Assembly (NCBI RefSeq): GCF_018977255.1
Contig: NW_024704743.1
Coordinates: 35,032,001-35,096,000 of the forward strand
Source of the DNA: Callorhinchus milii
Lineage: Eukaryota
Reading direction: 5' to 3'
DNA length: 64,000 nt
Shown here in pieces: positions 1 to 11,928 of this stretch. The notes under the pieces are model-generated. The model did not search any database. It saw nothing but the letters and a program-made list of their open reading frames with translations, and had not been told where the DNA came from. The translations under genes were made by a program, and so were the position numbers. Position 1 is the first letter of the stretch; each line of letters begins with the position of its first letter.

Positions 1-490
1 TTATATCTAACCTACACAATAGAGACGCTTGACTAAGATCAGAGCAAAATGATTGGGGAGGGAATCCTTATGGCACATCAGACTCGAGCAAGACCTTTTC
101 GAGCCTTCAAAAAAACATGGATGTATAAAGAACTTGAACTAAGTATGAAGTCCAATTAAATATAACCCAAAAAATGGCATATGAGAGCCAAAGTGGAGTA
201 CGAGACTGAAGTAATGAAAAGCAGCAAGGAGAACTCTGAAACCATCTTTGGTATGCTAATTGCATGGGCACTGCAACGGATAGAACAGGATATATACCAA
301 CCTGAGCTAACTAAGACTGACCTACTCAGTGCCTGCCTTTCCTCAATATTCTTTGCAACAGAGGATTACTCGAGGCAACTAGAAGTATGAAAAGCCTGAC
401 CTTTGGCTGTATTGCAGATCTGGATAGAATTATGGGCTCCACGGCGTTGATGCCCTTGAGTCCGATGGCACCCACCCGAATCGATTCTTC

Positions 491-568
491 TGTTCTGATG
501 AAGGGTCGTGGACCTGAAACGTTGATTCACTTTCCTTTCTCATAGATGCTGCCTGATTTTGTTTTCCT
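491..568 (+). mobile_element. Penelope-like element terminal fragment with minimal hammerhead ribozyme motif
   Basis: CTGATGA (495-501), stem II GGGTC-gtg-GACCT, GAAA (516-519), CG-TT, then tttcctttctcatagatgctgcctga; homologous to both arms of the 30087-30409 element. Confidence 0.7.
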
Positions 569-844
569 TTTCCTGTGACAAGCCAAGATCCATTTTTTTC
601 AAAAATGCACAACTTTGGGTAATATTGCCTTTGGAAGTTTTCTTTTAAAGTGAAAATACATAACAAAATTGAAAAGATTTAAAATCTTATTAAATTCAAT
701 TTAAAAGAAAGTAACAATAAAAGTAATGGAGAAATCTGCCAGACTATTTTTGAATTGAAAATAATTAGACTGGGAAGACAGCAAATTTAACATGCGAAAA
801 TGAAGAGTTAAACAAAAGTTAATTTGAGTATCTTGCAAGTTTTA

Positions 845-2112
845 TAACAACAAAATTACATTTGTATACACCTTTCACGTCAGGAGGATGTCCCAAGGCA
901 CTGGACAATCAGAGTTTCGGACCCGAGCTGGGGGTCAGGATTGGGGAGGGTGGAGGGCAGGGGGAAGCAGAGTGATCGAAAACACGGTTGAAGAGGAAGG
1001 TCTTGAGATGGGTCTTGAAGGAGGCAAGGGTGGGGGCGAGGCGGAGGGACTGCGGGATGGAGTTCCAGAGGGTGGGGGCAGAGTGTCAGAAGGTCCGCCC
1101 GCCAATGGTGGGATGGGCGAGGCGGGGACCTGAAGCAGGCTGGAGCCTGCCGAACGGAGGGAGCACGCAGGTTGGTGAGGGCTTAGGAGGTCACAGAGGT
1201 AGTGGGGAGCAAGGCCATGAAGGGCTTTGAAGGTGAGGCCCAGGATCTTGAACTGTATCCTTTGTGTGATGGGAAGCCAGTGGAGTCGAGCGAGGATGGG
1301 GGTGATAGGGTCATGGAGCCTAGTGCGGGAGAGGACACGGGCTGCAGAGTTCTGGATGATCTGCAGCCTATGGAGGGAGGAGTTGGGGAGGGCGACAAGC
1401 AGGGAGTTTGCATAGTCAAGCCTCGATGTTATGAAAGTGTGTATGAGGGTTTCGGTGGCCTGTGGTGTGAGACAGTGGCGGAGCCGGGCAATGTTGCGGC
1501 TGTGGGGGAAGGCAGAGCGGACCATGGCACAGATGTGAGGTAGAAAGGATAGTTGAGGGTCAAACAAGACGCCAAGGTTCCAGACTGACTCAGTGAGGTG
1601 GACTGTGCATCCTTAGATGGTGATGCTGTCAGTGCCTGAGGTGTCAATACGCTGACGGGAGCCAATCAGGAGAGCCTCAGTCTTGTTGACATTCAACTGA
1701 AGAAAGTTAGCTCTCATCCAGGACTTGATGTCTGACAGACATTCTGCCAGAACAGCAGTGGTCCTGCAGTCAAGGGTGGAGGTAGAGAGGTAGAGTTGGG
1801 TGTCATCTGCATACATGTGGAAGTTGACCCCATATCTGCGGATGATGTCACCAAGACAGAGCATATAGATGTTGAAGAGGGGACCGAGGACAGAGCCCTG
1901 AGGAACACCGCACAAGACAGTGTGGTGGTTAGAGGAGATACCGTTTGTGGAGATGAAGTGGAGGCAGTCGGTGTGAGAGGTACGATCTGAACCATTCAAG
2001 GACAGAACCGTGAAGGTGGAGGTGAGAGGAGAAGTGGTGGATGAGGATAGAGTGGTCAACGGTGTCCAAGGCAGCAGAGAGGACGAAGAGGCAGAGGGAA
2101 CCCTGTCACAGA
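845..2112 (-). mobile_element. L2-clade LINE, 5'-truncated and frameshifted
   Basis: RT motifs GVPQGSVLGP and HMYADDTQLY, C-terminal SRLDYANSLL and LHWLPI, and 3' tail ending (GTT)n; split across ORFs 1613-2059 and 935-1567. Confidence 0.95.
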
Positions 2113-5100
2113 TACTAATACATTATCAGCAAATGTATTGACTTTCCTCATTTTATTTTTGTAAAATAACAATTTTAAAATCCTCTGTCCTGATAGTACT
2201 TTGTCTACATTATACATATAATTTAATATTTTTTACAAATAAAGTAGGAAGCTAATTTAATAAGGTTTTTGGTCATAAATATATTAAACGGTTGTAGAAG
2301 TTGTTTCAACTGTTACTGCTAGATAACTCAGAAAATAGTGTATTGCTATTTATAATCAAATTACTAGAGTCAATTAAGTGGTGCATTCCATAATTAACAC
2401 ATCAAATGTTTATAGATGTATTTCATCCCTTACATCATTCCCATAATTAGAGCGCATTATCATTTTGAGTTAAACTTGGATTAGCTAATTCTTCGTTTCA
2501 GAATATGTCTATAGTTGCATAGTTTATTGTATTTCATACCTTTCCGTGAATTTCATTTACACATTAAGTGAATTCTGCAAAGGTCTCCAGATACATTTAT
2601 AAAGGATTGGTTGAACAAAAAATGTGTTCTTCCTAAATCATTATGCATAACATGGACCAATCAACTAGCATGCATCATCTGTCAATCAAGCAATCTTATT
2701 ACATTTTCCCAACCAATTTGCCAGCCAAATAATAATAATAATCCTTGCATTTGATATAGCACCTTATCACATCGTTGAGGCACTTCACAGGATATATTGT
2801 AAAGTGGATTGACTGTGTATTTTGAGATGCCCCTCAGTCCTGTCCCTCCGGGGCTCTGCGTCCGCCCGTTGGACTCAGGGAGGTTCCTTGCTGGGCCATG
2901 ATGGTGGAGTCTGTGTTGGGTGCTCTGCAAGTCGCTATGAAGCTGTGAAGTGTGGCAGTTCAGCTAGACCCAGAGAACTGGCAGAACTTTGACAAGTCTT
3001 AGATTGTAAAAATAAATTTGTGGACATTGATTGCACAATGTGCCAATTCTTTGTGTACAGACAGATTTTTTGCATAATACACAGGATTTTGCATCAATGC
3101 GATCACTAAATAGAGATGTGCAAAAAATAAATGGTATAAGTGAGGATTTTGGAAGTTGTTGTTGACAGAGGAAAGGTTGAAAAAGGAAAGGAACAGAAAT
3201 ATCAAATGGATTTAGGATTTTGGAAGAAAGGAATAATCGTAACCAACTGGCATGGCGGCCGCAGAATAGATCATTCTGAGTAAAAAGAAACGCATTAAAA
3301 GGAGCTTAATAAGTGTGTAGATAGTTGTGATTTTAATATTTATGGGAAAATGTAAATTATACAATTTTGCAATATGGAGAGCAAAGTTTAGTCACAGTAA
3401 GGTGTTGAATGGGAAGGAGCTAGAATGTAACCTCCTAATTGTTTGTGTTTGGACACATTAAGGGGGTGATTTACAATCTGCAATGCTAAAAAGGAAGTCT
3501 TTTATAAGGAAAATATCTAGCATATTGCAAGTTTGTTTAATTTTGTTCAATCTAAAATGCTCTCAGTACCAACCTTTGATATTATAAAAGTAAGTAGTAG
3601 AGAATAATTCACTTATGCTCAGAGATGTTACTTTGAGAAGGAGTAGAGGTTTAAATTTTAACATTGATTTTGGAACTAAACATAAATTGTTTGAGAAGAA
3701 TAGACTGAACATGGAGTTTTGAGGGTCACTTTAGGACAGCAACTGTAAAATGAGTATTAGAATGGGATAAGAGGATAACGGTAAATCAGTTTTTAAATAG
3801 CATCAAGGGGAATGCAGTATTTTAGCTTTGTAATGAAAAGTAGATAATATGACAGACTGGATGGTCAGATTCTTTTTAAAATTCTCTTTTTTTCCCCTTT
3901 CAATTTACTTTTTCCTTCACCTAGGATATGATTTCTCTTAAAGGAATATGTTGGGTAGAAATATGGTGATAGGGTTAATAATGTTAAATTATCAGCCTTC
4001 ACATTAAATACTGTAGAGCAGACACATTCCAGATACAATCTGATTGACTCAGGAAACTGGAACAAATGTAAAAAATAACATTGATAAGTACATAGAAGCT
4101 ATAAAACAAATCAGCAAGTCTCTTGTTTGGAACTCCATAAATGTAGGTTCTGCACTTGAGGGTGAGAAGATTGCAAGACCATTAGATGTTAACTTATTGA
4201 AAAATGCAAACTGAAATAAAAATGAAGTTCTCCCAACAACAACTACCTGGATTTATACAGCACCTTTCATGTGAGTAGCATCTCAGAGCGCTTAATGAAC
4301 AATAATATTTTTAAAGAATTTGTTTTTTATGAAATTACGTATTGTACCAAATGTCTTCCATTTATCAATTCACTTAGAGAGAAGGTAACTTCTGAGATCC
4401 ACATTTAGGTAATAGTTTCCTGTTGGCCTTTTTACCAGAAGGGCTAAAGAAAACCTTAGACCTTCATGTTGGCTTTAATAACAGGAGCAGATGGCTCATA
4501 AATTTGACTTTGGCTGCTGAAAACAGATACACTGATAAATTATACTGAAATGCCGGGGGCAAGTCACTAATGAGTTTAGGATGGTAGGTTTTTCTGAGCT
4601 GCTTTTCAGGAAATGCAATTTTTTTTTTGGTTTTCCTTGAGAAATGACTCTCCTGTAGGTTATGTTTTTGCTGTCTTTGCAGTTTTTCTATTGGCTTTTA
4701 ATTGTGCTCTTGCCTATTGTAAATATCTATAAAATGGAAGGCTGCATAGAGAGGAACCACATAATAAGTGGGTGTTTGATTAAGTTTTAATCATCTGGAC
4801 GGGTACAGAGAATCTTTGAAGTCAGTCTAGGCTGACACCCCAAAACAGTATGAGTGTTGCAATGCATTTAGAGGTGCTATCCTTCAGATGAAAGTTTAAA
4901 CCAAGGTCTGCCTATTCAGGTGGACTTGTTGGATCCAATGGCACTATTCAATTTCTTTTTGGTGTCCTGGCCAACAATCACCTGGAAAAAATTGGTCATC
5001 ACTTCATGGCTGTTTGTGGGACATTGCTGTGCTAAATTAACTGTTGTGTTCGCCTACCAATAGAGTCACTACACTTCACAGTAAAATCCTGTGAAGTGGT

Positions 5101-8100
5101 TTGAAACTTCATAAGGCACTATGTCTTGTAGTATCCAGTTTACTTTCACTTCTCCAGTTTAACATGCTTGTAATGCTTTTTAACACTAAAACTCCTAATT
5201 TTAAGATTTTGATTCTGCAATGATATCTCTGTAGAAACTGAATACAGTATTTTAAAATCTCTAATTTTTGTGATTTTGTTCAGTTTGGCCTCACCATCTT
5301 CTGGAGTGTTTCTCAATCTTTTTGGTGCCAGGAACAGACTTGGTTTCTTCTTTGAATGTGGCGGACCATTATAAATCAGGGTGGCAAGTCATCTAATCTA
5401 TAGAAATCTTGCTGATTATGAACCAGCTTTGTGGTTATCACAGATTGGCCTCACACTGATGGAGAGCATACTGAAAGCAAATGATGTATTGCACAGTTTC
5501 CCAACTGGATTCAGATGGAGTCCATTTACCTCATTCAACTCTGACTGAAGTCCAGATTTGATACATCTGAAATGTGAATAGGCCAGATAGAACAGCTTTG
5601 TGGTTGGTTTCTGGATTACGTTTTGCTATTTGGGAACTCCTGGTTCATTATTGGTAAGATCAACACCATGATGTTCCTCTCCACAACTACCTTTAAATTT
5701 TTGGTTTTACAGTGGTACAGTATATCCAATCATTTTTTAAATTTTCTCACCAGTGACATTTACCTCTGTAGTTGGTCTCCAACTTCCTCATAGTCGGGTG
5801 CAATTCCAAAGGCACTGGTTGCTCTCTGGTACCCTGCCTAAGTGAGCCTTAGCAGCCCGCTCCACAATAAAGGGTATCAGAGCCAAGCCTAACCTTTCCT
5901 CCCCTGCTGCTACGCACACACCACCATTAGATGGTCCTGAAGAGAGACCAGGAACTCAGCTGGTTTTCCCCTCTCTAACTCTGGGAAGGATGGAGCCAAT
6001 ATTGCTCTGACTGCAAACTCAGCTATACATTTGTATAGTGGCTTTCAGGTCAGGAGGATGTCCCAAGGCGCTGAAGGGACCAGGATTCGAACTAATGTGT
6101 TATTGTCTATAAGCTGCAACTCTTATCTACTATCGTATGGGGTTGGCCCTAATTTTCTAGTCTTGTTTATTCAATATCCTATTGCCTATAGGTGCCCTCT
6201 ACTTGAGAAACTTTTGAATAGCCTATTTTCCTATGCCCATTGCGGCTATTACCTTTTTAACGTATTTGGATGCCTCTATCTATTATTTGTCCCCAGTCAT
6301 TTTGCCCTTATCTTTGTGCCCACTGACATCCTTTATTTTGCTTATGTTACTCCAATCAGTTTTATTTCAGTCTTTCTTTCTCCGTTTCATGTCCAACTTC
6401 CCTCTGGCCTCCTTTAACTTCATCCTCCTCAGGGATGTCCCTCCCTCCTTCCATGTCCAGGGCACCTGCTGGTCTGCTTTCCTGCTGGTTGTTAAGATTC
6501 TGATTCTTTCCTCAAGACCTTTTCACCCATCCCAGCCCACATAGCACCAGCAAGGAAACCACTTCAGCAGCTGGCTACCGGCAAAACCCAGTGAGCATTC
6601 AGCTTTATCTGACCATCCACCCTCCAATTGTAATTAACCATGCCTATACACCAGCAATGGCTGGTTGAGTCTGTTCTAGATGCAAATATCTGTCTCAATG
6701 AAATTTATTTTGAGTTTGCTATATAGAAATGTATTATAATTCAATTACATTTTCCAATTTATCCTTATTCATTCATTCTCTCGTGGCACAAATAAATCTG
6801 AAGTCTAACATTTTCGTTTTGGTACCAAGTATTCCTTCCTCAAATCTTGAAATCTGATTTTTTTAATATAATACAGGGTGACCAAAAACTCTTATTTTTC
6901 AGCTACCCTATTACCTGAAAAAAAATGTCTTTAAGACTTATTAGACATTGTAATGGTATCACAACTTTTTGGTCATCCTGTATATATCCTCCACACTCCC
7001 CAGCTCAGGTACAAACCCTTGAATATCCAGCGCTTTTGGACGTCCTTCCAATGTGAAAGTATAAATGTAATTTGTTGTTGACAATAGGACAACTGGCACA
7101 ATGCAGTGGACTGAGTCCATAAGCTCAGGCTCTGACGTTAAAACAATACACATCACAAAAATGCCAACTTCTGGTTCATCAAGTTGCTGTTGAAATAACT
7201 TCATTTGCAAAATGATTTCAGCAGCACTTCCTAATGTACATGTGCAATATGCAGGAAGTGATGTCAGTGATGCTTAGAAACTGATATCAGCAGTAACCTC
7301 TTCAATCAGAAGGCATACTTTTTTTTAGACATTTTCTAACAGTGTAGATTACAAGATAGATTTGAATCCCTTCAGGATTTAACCTTATCCTTCCAGAATA
7401 CCCCCATCAAAGTCAAAATGTACTACTTTATTTTAGTTTCCTGATTCATATCTTGTAGAGAGTAGACTCATACTACTTCCCTCTTTTATTCCTCCATAGG
7501 TTGTGAATTTATTAAAATTCTGAGAAGGTAGAATAACCCTAGAACACTATTTTTATTACTGATAATTGTCATTAAATTACATAGTCAGCCATCTGTTCAT
7601 CAGATGGTTAAAACTGGTAACAGTTACTAATTTGCTTCCTTTGCCATCTGATTTCTATCTGAAATGATTCAACTCATTTGATAGGGCTACTTTATCATTG
7701 ATTAAATAATGCAACTCCACCTTACGCCCAATGAAGCGGGAATCTTATGAACATCTATCTATTAACGTAGTCTTCTTCCAAATCTCATGCGCCATTATCT
7801 AAATCAGTAGATGAGTTAAATTAGTGTCTGGTTCCCACCTATATAGTTTTAACAGTTCATCAAGAGGAGCACTAACCATGACTCATGCAGTTTAGCCTCT
7901 TGCAACCTTCCTGTTCTTTGCCAATACATTGGGCTAATTTGAGGGAATTTTGAACTCATCTGATGTGTTCTTTTGTCCTGAAATTTCTGACAAGGTAAAC
8001 TGCTATTCTGATAGCTGTATAGTCAGCTACGAGGGTAAGTGAGTTGGTTTGCCTCAGTCATTGATCACATCGACTTACGATACTGAAGCAGTGTCTGAAA

Positions 8101-9507
8101 TTTAAGGGTTTAAAAAAATCACACATCCACTTTTCATTGCTCTTATCAAAAGATTTGGAACGCGAATACAAAGTATGTTCTCAGTTGTCTCGCAAATTAT
8201 TGAAACACTGATTCAACTGTGAGTTAATCAGCAACTACATAAAAGGACAATTCATTGATCATTATTTCATCTATGTTGTTTGTTAGCTAACGGGGATGGA
8301 TTTTCTCTCCACTCTTGATATTCTCCCAACCCCAGCAAAATCTGTGATCACTGGCACAAAATGGGCTTTTATTTTGGGTCACATTCTCAATGAACTTTAT
8401 TTTCCCCTTTTGTATTTTGTTTGGTTTTATTGATTGGCATAGTATCACTACATAATTTGATTCAGCTGCAAAATTCCATGGCATCTTTGTTTTAAAAGGT
8501 CATTCTCTGTGTGTTCTATTATCATGTGGAGCAGGGACCTTTCCCGTTTCCTGGCCAATGTTCCTCCTTCATGTAGCAGCAGACTGATCATTCAACTCAT
8601 TGCTATTTGTGGATGGTGCTGGTGTACATTAGCTGCTGTGCTTCCCTAGGTAAAACCATCACTACACTTCAATTTATTGTGGAAATGAATTGATGTATCA
8701 ATGTGATGAGGTTCCATATCAAAATTCAACTGTTATTGTATGTAAGTAATTATATTCCACAGGGAAAAATACTTGTTTTAAGAAATTAGCATTTTATGCA
8801 GTCAGGCAATTTCCATGCTGCTTTATACAAATCATTTAGAACTGTACCCCCTTGCCCTTCCTCTGCCATCGGTATTAGATGTTTTGTCCCAAAACGTTCT
8901 GTCATGTTTGCTAGGTTTGTGTCTTGTGTTTCATGCTCTTCTACAGTCTTGGAACATGTACTCTTTTCTTTGAGCTTTTATTTGTTGCTTATGCACATTT
9001 TTATTTAACATCATCTTTAAGTACTGGCCTACTGGAGCACACACTTTGTGGACTGATTGATTAAGCAGGCTTCAGTCACCTGCATGACAACATCTCTTGG
9101 TTTTAAAAGTGCACAGTTCTTTGTCAGTGACTGTTTGACTTGCACAATATCTCTTTCCATTATCCCATATATTTCCAAGGTCTGAAACCTACTCAAAACT
9201 CAGCACAAATGTTACGAGTGGCTCCAAAAGGTAAACAAACTACTGTTGGGACTTGAACATTTGCGGCAACAAAGAGTTTAGAGTCTTGTTATCTCTGATA
9301 AATTGGGCCAATAGAAAAGTGCGGACATATTTGCAAAAAATTGCAGAGCATTTTGCAAATCTTGCTGGAAATTGTGTCAGATTTTTACTAAATATTGCGG
9401 GGAAATTGCAGGGGTTGTTTGGTGCTACTGAGGTACATTTTACTGCTACTTTTTTCACTTTATTGATAAAAACTAGACATAAGAAAATAACACATATTGT
9501 TATTTTA

Positions 9508-9830
9508 AACACAAACACTCAGAGACCCAGAGACTAGCACACACACACTCAGAGAGAGAGAGAGAGAGAGAGACACTCACATGCACACACACTCATAGAC
9601 ACAGAGAGACACACACATACACAGAGAAAGATACACACACTCAGACATAGAGAATGATACACCACTCACAGACACAGAGACACATTCTCAGAGAGAGACA
9701 CACACTCAGATACAAAGAGACATAAACACACAGATACACATACAGGGAGACACATTCACACAGAGACACTTATAAACACACACGCACACACATAGAAGAG
9801 ACATAGACACACATAGACAATCACAACAGT
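9508..9830. repeat. Compound degenerate (AC)n/(AG)n microsatellite
   Basis: Directly visible. Confidence 0.9.
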
Positions 9831-11602
9831 GAGGTCTCCAAGTGTAGCTATTTGCCACTTGTGCCACACTGGGCCTCTGCCCACAGTGACGTTGGGTAAA
9901 CAACGTAAACGGCCCGCGGGCCAGAAACTACATTTGTGGCGTGTTTGTGGCTGGTGGATTTGTGGCGGGCAAGGGTCGTTGTAGCGGTAAATGCCAAAAA
10001 GGTGCCGCTGCATTTTTCTATTGGCCCAGCTCAGGTTACCACATCTTAAAAAAGAGGTAGTAGACAGTATTGTTACTTTTTGGCATACTCAAATTCAATT
10101 TAATTTGTTGACTGGAAGTAGCTTAAACACCCAGACCTTGAAAATATTCATGAAAGATTTTTTAATATCGCAGCCAGGGGTTTAAGGTTGATTACAGTTA
10201 TAAAATAAAATGGTACATGGATATGGGAATCGTAATGAAAAAAAATCTGTGCTTCTGACCATAACAATCCTAAAACAGATGACTTCAAAAACATTGAGCA
10301 CATGCTCCTAGTTTTAACAAGTTTTATGGAAATGTATTCAAACGCAATAGCAAAGGGAGGAAAACTGGCAACAGGAACTACCATATATATATATATATGC
10401 AGATCATATTTCCAGGATTCATAAATCTGTAAAATTCTGCTGAGCAAATTAAGTGTTGGCAATTTCCTGATACGCATGGAAACTTGGACTCTCTGTGTAT
10501 AGTTATGGAGCTTTGAGCTAGATAGGTAGGTCTAGTTGCATTAGATAAATATAGACTTGCGTTTGCTGTATTTGGCTTCCCTGAAGATTCTTTCCTAGTG
10601 TTCAAATCATTGCCTATCCACTGCCAATCGTTTCTGTGTGAAATAATTGGTGTTACAAAAACTGATTTGGCCTTGAGGCAAATCAGTTTTTATAATACCG
10701 ATTATTTCCAAACAGTTTATTCTAAAGACATCATTAAACAATTGGTATATTTAGTACAAGATAAAACCCAATGTGTGACCTAAAATTTGGAAGATGCACC
10801 TTTCTGGTTATTTGGATTTTCACTCATTAAATTAATAGTAAGCACTGATCTTTTATGATCTATTCACTCAAATCCATTCTATTCTGCACTTCCAAACCAA
10901 AGAAGAGCTGCTTTCAGTACATTTCTGTTCATTCTCTTCAATATATTTATAGGCAAATGTGAGCTGGGCAGTATTGCTCCTTCATTCATATTTTCCTTTG
11001 AAAATGTAAGATCACTTTACAATGAATCTACAGCATGGAAAAAGGCCACTTGGCCCAATCAGTCTTCACCAGTGTTTATACCCTTCATGAGTAGTCACCA
11101 ATTTTGTACTCCCTCCCATACCCATCAATTGGCGAATCATTGTTTGTGGGACATTTGGGGGATTGGCTGTTGCACTTCCTTTTATGTGGAAGCCATAATA
11201 TAAATGTAAGCTTTTTTTTGCCAAAATAAGTATCTTATTTTCTATCACAAATTGTGTGTAATGGAATATTTTATTTACTATTTTCTGTGGTTTTAAGGAG
11301 GTGGGAGATGTACCAGCTTATCAAAGTAACTGCCTTCANTTTTTTTATAACTCTTATTACCATATTGTACTTCTTTGTGAGCAAAATAGGTGTGCTTGAT
11401 TCTTTATTCTTGTGTTCTGCAGTGTTTTTTTTGTTAAGTGCACTCCAAACTAGCACAGGGTGTAGAAACAGTTGCACTTTTGCAATGTTAGTGAATCCAG
11501 TGTTTTGCGAATCCATGTTTTCAGTATTGGTTTTAATAAATGTATTGAGTCCCAAAATGGGTTCTTTGAGAGAAAATGTAATCATGAGTGAAGTAAACCA
11601 TT

Positions 11603-11928
11603 TAATAATAATATAATAATAATCCTTGCATTTGATATAGCGCTTTTTACGTCGGGAGGACGTCCCAAAGCGCTTCACAGAACACACTGTAAAGTGAATT
11701 GACTGTATATTTGTGGGCGAACGCGGCAGCCAATTGCACACAGCAATTTCCCACAAACAGTCGTAGATTGAAAATGACCAATTTATTATTGTTTTTGGTT
11801 TTGGAGGGATTATTATCAGGCGTGTGGAGTAAGGAAACTTGCCCAAGGTTTCGCCCTGACCTGCCTGGAATTGAACTCGGGTCTCTCGCTTGCAAAGCGA
11901 GTGCTCTAACCACTGAGCTACAGGACTC
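11603..11928 (-). mobile_element. Full-length tRNA-derived SINE with L2-type tail
   Basis: Head GAGTCCTGTAGCTCAGTGGTTAGAGC (A box) ... GAGTTCAATTCC (B box); tail ...gcgctatatcaaatgcaagg(ATT)n; highly similar to the copies at 33904 and 44294. Confidence 0.93.

Noticed and set aside
935..2059. Reverse transcriptase ORFs as a functional or domesticated gene (also 23040-23786)
   Set aside because: 5'-truncated, frameshifted L2 copies; the second has YVDD in place of YADD.
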